DNA from: Acidobacteriota bacterium
GTDB lineage: Bacteria; Acidobacteriota; UBA4820; DSQY01
Length of the DNA stretch: 64,000 nt
NCBI GenBank assembly: GCA_049967655.1
Contig: JBMFSH010000007.1
Coordinates: 44,805-108,804 of the forward strand
Direction: 5' to 3'
Shown: one piece after another, positions 59,957-64,000 of the stretch
How the letters are laid out: each line of letters begins with the position of its first letter
Numbering within the stretch: the first letter of the stretch is position 1
The notes under the pieces: model-generated
Database searches by the model: none
What the model was told of the DNA's origin: nothing
The model's input: only the letters and a program-made list of their open reading frames with translations
Translations under genes and position numbers: made by a program

Positions 59957-62900
59957 ATGCAAAGGCGAAGACTCTTTCCGCTCGCACTCGGGTTGGTGCT
60001 GACTCTCGTGCTCGTTCCTGGGCTCTTTGCTCAAGGAGCCGGCCCCGCTTCCTGCGGCACCATAGGCCCCATCAACAACAACGACACGATCGTCCTCAGG
60101 GGCAACGTGAACCCCCTCGCCCAACCCCAGGCGGACTATGGCTTCGCCGACCCGGCGCGGCCCATGAACAGGATTATTCTCACGTTGAAGATGAGCCCCA
60201 GCCGGCAGGCGGCCCTGGACCGCCTGCTCGCCGAGCAACAGGACCCGACCTCGCCGCGCTTTCATCATTGGCTGAGCCCTGAGGAATTCGGCAGGCGCTT
60301 CGGGCCGAGCAGAGAAGAGTTGGCCACCATCACGAACTGGCTGAAATCACAGGGATTCACCATCGACGAAGTGGCCAAGGGCCGGCTGTGGATCAACTTC
60401 AGCGGCAACGTTGCCGAGGTGGAGAGCGCCTTCCACACGGAGATTCACCGGTACTACGTGGCGGGGGTGATGCACCACGCCAACGCCACCGATCCCTCGA
60501 TCCCGAAGGCCCTGTCGGGGGTGGTGGCCGGTATCGTCTCGCTGGACGACTTCCCGCGCCAGGCCATGAACGTGGGCTTCCAGAAACTGTCTCCCCAGGA
60601 CGCCGCCGCCGTTTACGCCAAGTACGGGAAAATCGCGCCCCAGTGGAGCGGTACCGCGAACGGCACTGCCGGGGTCTACGCCAGCCCCATAGACTGGGCC
60701 ACCATCTATGACGCGAAGGCCTCCTACTCCGCCAACGGCACGGGCACGGGCGTGACCATCGGCATCGTGGGGCGCACCAACCCCGGCACCACCAACTGGT
60801 CCACCTTCCGCAGCATCCTGGGCCTGCCGGTGAATACTCCCACGATCATCGTCAACGGCACCAACCCCGGCGACCTGGGCGCGGGCGAGGACGGCGAGGC
60901 CGATTTGGACGCCGAATGGTCCGGCGGAGTGGCTCCGGGGGCCACGGTCAAATTCGTGGCCTCCGCCTCGACCTCGAGCACGGACGGTGTCGACCTCTCG
61001 GCCCAGTATATCGTGAACAATAACCTTGCGGACGTGATGAGCACGAGCTTCGGCTCCTGCGAGTCGGCCATGGGGTCGGCCGAAAACACCTTTTACAACA
61101 ACCTCTGGTCCCAGGCGGCCTCGCAGGGCATCACCGCCTGCGTCTCCACGGGCGATAGCGGCCCCGCCGGCTGCGCCTCGGGCAGCGCCACCAGCGGCTC
61201 CGGGCAGTCCGGGGTGAACGGCCTCGCCTCCACCCCCTATGACATCGCCGTGGGCGCCACGGAACTGAGCAACTCCAGCAGCTATTGGAATGCCTCCGGC
61301 GCCGCCGTGAGTTACATCCCCGAGACGCCCTGGAACGAGAGCGGCACGGTGAGCGGCGGCTCGGGCCTTTGGTCCACGAGCAGCGGTGCCTCCACCATCT
61401 ACGCCAAGCCCTCCTGGCAGTCGGCGCCCGGGGTGCCCAGCGCCAGCCATCGGTACTTGCCCGACGTCTGCCTGGATGGCTCCGACATGTTCTTCGGGAA
61501 CTACGGCATGCTGGTCTACACCCAGGGCGCCATGGCTACCACGGGCGGCACCTCGGCGGCCTCGCCCTCTTTCGCCGGCCTCATGGCCCTTGTGGTCCAG
61601 AAGTACGGCCGGCAGGGCAACGCGAACACCAAGCTCTACCAGCTCGGCACGGCCCAATACAACAGGACGGGACCGGCCGTTTTCCACGACATCACCTCGG
61701 GCAACAACAACGTTCCGGGCCTGACGGGCTTCACCGCCGCCACCGGATGGGACGAGGTCACGGGCCTGGGCACGGTGGACGTGAACGCCCTGGTGAACAA
61801 CTGGAACGGGACCACCGCGACCTACGGCATCTCGGGGACGGTGAGCGGCGCGGTGACCTCCGGGGTGACCATGACCCTCAGCGGAGCGGCCAGCGCCACG
61901 ACGACCACGGCCAGCGGCGGGACCTACAGCTTCGCGGGGCTTGCCAATGGGACCTACACGGTGACGCCGAGCAAGTCCGGCTACACCTTTACGCCCGCCA
62001 GCGCCTCCGAAACGGTGAACGGTGCCAGCATCACGGGCGTCAATTTCACGGCCACCGCCAATCCACCCTCCACCTACACCATCTCGGGAACGATCACGCT
62101 GAGCGGCGCGGGCCTCTCGGGCGTGACCGTGACCGCGGGTTCCGCCTCGGCCACAACCAGCTCGACGGGGGCTTACACCATCAGCGGCCTAGCCAACGGG
62201 ACCTACACGGTGACGCCGAGCAAGTCCGGCTACACCTTCTCTCCCGCCAGCGCCTCCGAAACGGTGAACGGTGCCAACATCGCGGGAGTCAATTTCACGG
62301 CCACGGCGAGCTCCGGCGGGACGGTCACGCTGCTGAGCGACGGTTTCGAGAGCACGACCGGTTGGGGCGTGGCCGCGGTCTCTGGTTCGACGGCCTCCTG
62401 GTCCCAGGTCTCTTCGGGTACCTACCCGAGCGCATCGCCGCACGGCGGCTCCTACATGGCTGATTTCGATTCTTACTCGGCTAATGCGGGCGATGAAGCC
62501 AGGTTCTATCGCACCACGGGTTTTGCCGTGCCTTCGAACACCACCTCCATGACGTTGACCTTCTGGATGTACCACGACACCCAGTACTCCAGCTACAACG
62601 ACCAGGTGCAGGCCCAGGTCTCCACGAACGGCAGCACGTGGACGAACGTCGGCTCGGCGGTCTCCCGTTACAACGGATCGACGGGCTGGGCTCAGGTCAC
62701 CATCAACCTGGGGACGACCTATAACGGGGCAGCGAACCTCCAGGTGGGCTTCCTCGGTATCAGCGGTTACGGCAACGACGAATACATCGATGACGTGGCC
62801 GTGGTGGCTCAGACCGGTACGCCTCCCCCCACCTACAGCATCTCGGGCACCGTCACCCTGAGCGGCTCCGGCCTTTCGGGCGTCAAGGTTGTGGCCGGTT

Positions 62901-63562
62901 CCGCCTCGACCACCACCAACAGCTCAGGCGCCTACACCCTCAGCGGATTGGTGAACGGCACTTACACCGTGACGCCGAGCCTCTCCGGCTACACCTTTAC
63001 GCCAGCCGGCGCCTCCGAAACGGTGAACGGTGCCAACATCGCGGGAGTCAATTTCACGGCCACGAAATCGGCCGGCCCCACGACACTTTTCAGCGATGGT
63101 TTTGAGAATGGTGGCTGGTCCACGGCCCAGGTCTCCGGTACCCAGGGCGCCTGGACCATGGTGAGCTCCGGCACCTACCCCAGCGCCTCACCACACAGCG
63201 GCTCCAAGATGGCCGACTTCAACTCCTGGACCTCCGCCAGCGGCAGCAAGACCCGCCTTTACAGGGCCTCCGGCTTCGCTGTGGCTAGCACCTACTCGAC
63301 GGTGACCCTCACCTTCTGGATGTATCACGACACCCAGTACTCCAGCTACAACGACCAGATCCAGGTGCAGGTGTCCACCAATGGAACCAGCTGGACCAAC
63401 GTTGGCTCGCCCATCTCGCGCTACAACGGCACCACCGGCTGGGCTCAGTCCACGCTGGACCTCAGCGCCTACAAGGGCCAGACGGTCTACCTGGCCTTCC
63501 TGGGCATCAGCGGTTACGGCAACGACGAGTACCTCGATGACGTGAGGGTCACCGCACAATAA
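59957..63562 (+). CDS. Secreted S53 (sedolisin/kumamolisin) protease with pro-domain, three beta-sandwich repeats and two jelly-roll/adhesin-like modules
   Basis: Signal peptide, pro-domain (WLSPEEFGRRFG), EADLD, STGDSG, GGTSAASP, DITSGNN...GWDEVTGLG. Confidence 0.92.
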   Translation: MQRRRLFPLALGLVLTLVLVPGLFAQGAGPASCGTIGPINNNDTIVLRGNVNPLAQPQADYGFADPARPMNRIILTLKMSPSRQAALDRLLAEQQDPTSPRFHHWLSPEEFGRRFGPSREELATITNWLKSQGFTIDEVAKGRLWINFSGNVAEVESAFHTEIHRYYVAGVMHHANATDPSIPKALSGVVAGIVSLDDFPRQAMNVGFQKLSPQDAAAVYAKYGKIAPQWSGTANGTAGVYASPIDWATIYDAKASYSANGTGTGVTIGIVGRTNPGTTNWSTFRSILGLPVNTPTIIVNGTNPGDLGAGEDGEADLDAEWSGGVAPGATVKFVASASTSSTDGVDLSAQYIVNNNLADVMSTSFGSCESAMGSAENTFYNNLWSQAASQGITACVSTGDSGPAGCASGSATSGSGQSGVNGLASTPYDIAVGATELSNSSSYWNASGAAVSYIPETPWNESGTVSGGSGLWSTSSGASTIYAKPSWQSAPGVPSASHRYLPDVCLDGSDMFFGNYGMLVYTQGAMATTGGTSAASPSFAGLMALVVQKYGRQGNANTKLYQLGTAQYNRTGPAVFHDITSGNNNVPGLTGFTAATGWDEVTGLGTVDVNALVNNWNGTTATYGISGTVSGAVTSGVTMTLSGAASATTTTASGGTYSFAGLANGTYTVTPSKSGYTFTPASASETVNGASITGVNFTATANPPSTYTISGTITLSGAGLSGVTVTAGSASATTSSTGAYTISGLANGTYTVTPSKSGYTFSPASASETVNGANIAGVNFTATASSGGTVTLLSDGFESTTGWGVAAVSGSTASWSQVSSGTYPSASPHGGSYMADFDSYSANAGDEARFYRTTGFAVPSNTTSMTLTFWMYHDTQYSSYNDQVQAQVSTNGSTWTNVGSAVSRYNGSTGWAQVTINLGTTYNGAANLQVGFLGISGYGNDEYIDDVAVVAQTGTPPPTYSISGTVTLSGSGLSGVKVVAGSASTTTNSSGAYTLSGLVNGTYTVTPSLSGYTFTPAGASETVNGANIAGVNFTATKSAGPTTLFSDGFENGGWSTAQVSGTQGAWTMVSSGTYPSASPHSGSKMADFNSWTSASGSKTRLYRASGFAVASTYSTVTLTFWMYHDTQYSSYNDQIQVQVSTNGTSWTNVGSPISRYNGTTGWAQSTLDLSAYKGQTVYLAFLGISGYGNDEYLDDVRVTAQ

Positions 63563-63583
63563 CCGGACGATCCGCTCATCCTC

Positions 63584-63617
63584 AAAAGGGGGGTGCCTTT
63601 GGGTGCCCCCCTTCTTC
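63584..63617 (+). terminator. Intrinsic terminator (possibly bidirectional)
   Basis: AAAAGGGGGGTGCC-TTTG-GGTGCCCCCCTTCTT. Confidence 0.7.
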
Positions 63618-63680
63618 ATTGGGCGGGGGAACGCCGCCCCCTTGCGGAACGATCCCGGGGGCGAGTAGCATACAAGACCC

Positions 63681-63770
63681 GGAGAGATGGCCGAGTGGTC
63701 GAAGGCGCCTGACTCGAAATCAGGTTTACCGGTAACGGTAACGGGGGTTCAAATCCCTCTCTCTCCGCCA
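63681..63770 (+). tRNA. tRNA-Ser(CGA)
   Basis: GGAGAGA/TCTCTCC acceptor stem, CCTGA-CTCGAAA-TCAGG anticodon arm, long variable arm, GGTTCAAATCC, CCA. Confidence 0.97.
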
Positions 63771-63792
63771 GAATTCATTTAATCCCATATAA

Positions 63793-64000
63793 TTACGCTG
63801 TCCTCCTTGTGCTGGTCAATTTCTCCTCTTGTGGCCGATGCGTCGCACGGAGAACAGCGGCTGCGCCGGTCGGAAAAGCTCTGCGGCCATCCTCGATTCT
63901 TCTTCTCCCCGTTGCCCCTGGATGCTGCTGCCAATACTCGTAAGTATCCACCGTGTCCAAGTACACCCCGTCGAAGCCTTGAGCCATGACCTTGTCCAGG
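63793..64000 (-). CDS. 3' part of a GH114/TM1410-like glycoside hydrolase, possibly truncated
   Basis: LDKVMAQGFDGVYLDTVDTYEYW motif; 5' end outside the window. Confidence 0.55.
   Translation of the reverse strand, partial: LDKVMAQGFDGVYLDTVDTYEYWQQHPGATGRRRIEDGRRAFPTGAAAVLRATHRPQEEKLTSTRRTA

Overview
A GC-rich bacterial chromosome window, mostly core genome and probably close to the replication origin. The gene content suggests an Acidobacteriota-like or deltaproteobacterial-like diderm, but that is inference only. Recognisable blocks: rluA-DUF2520-MglA-like GTPase; rsmI-nrnA-K+ channel-thiolase; tRNA-Asp with a duplicated 3' end; a cold-shock gene; pyrR-pyrB-pyrC-radA; uvrA-tnaA-hypothetical-thiS; tRNA-Val; a split atp operon (b', b, delta, alpha, gamma, beta, epsilon) running directly into rpmH-rnpA-yidD-yidC-mnmE-mnmG-rsmG(parS)-parA-parB-bactofilin-pepP; yggS-divIVA-hutI-glmU-glmS; two lytic transglycosylases; prkA; a GT4; a second bactofilin with an atypical response regulator; a sigma54 activator; sppA; nifU-C and amrA; a secreted PKD protein; a multi-module S53 protease; and tRNA-Ser. 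I saw no rRNA, CRISPR array, integrase or transposase. The best leads, all hypotheses: (i) a 244-bp hairpin-rich tRNA-Asp-linked repeat unit; (ii) a leader ORF behind a sigma54/IHF promoter, with a signal-like N-terminus and an RRRIFKKP end, in front of the secreted protease (candidate arrest-peptide/secretion monitor); (iii) a possible hybrid polarity/origin-anchoring toolkit (RacA-like MerR protein, DivIVA, extended MglA, two bactofilins, ParABS); (iv) an rpmH cluster uncoupled from dnaA.
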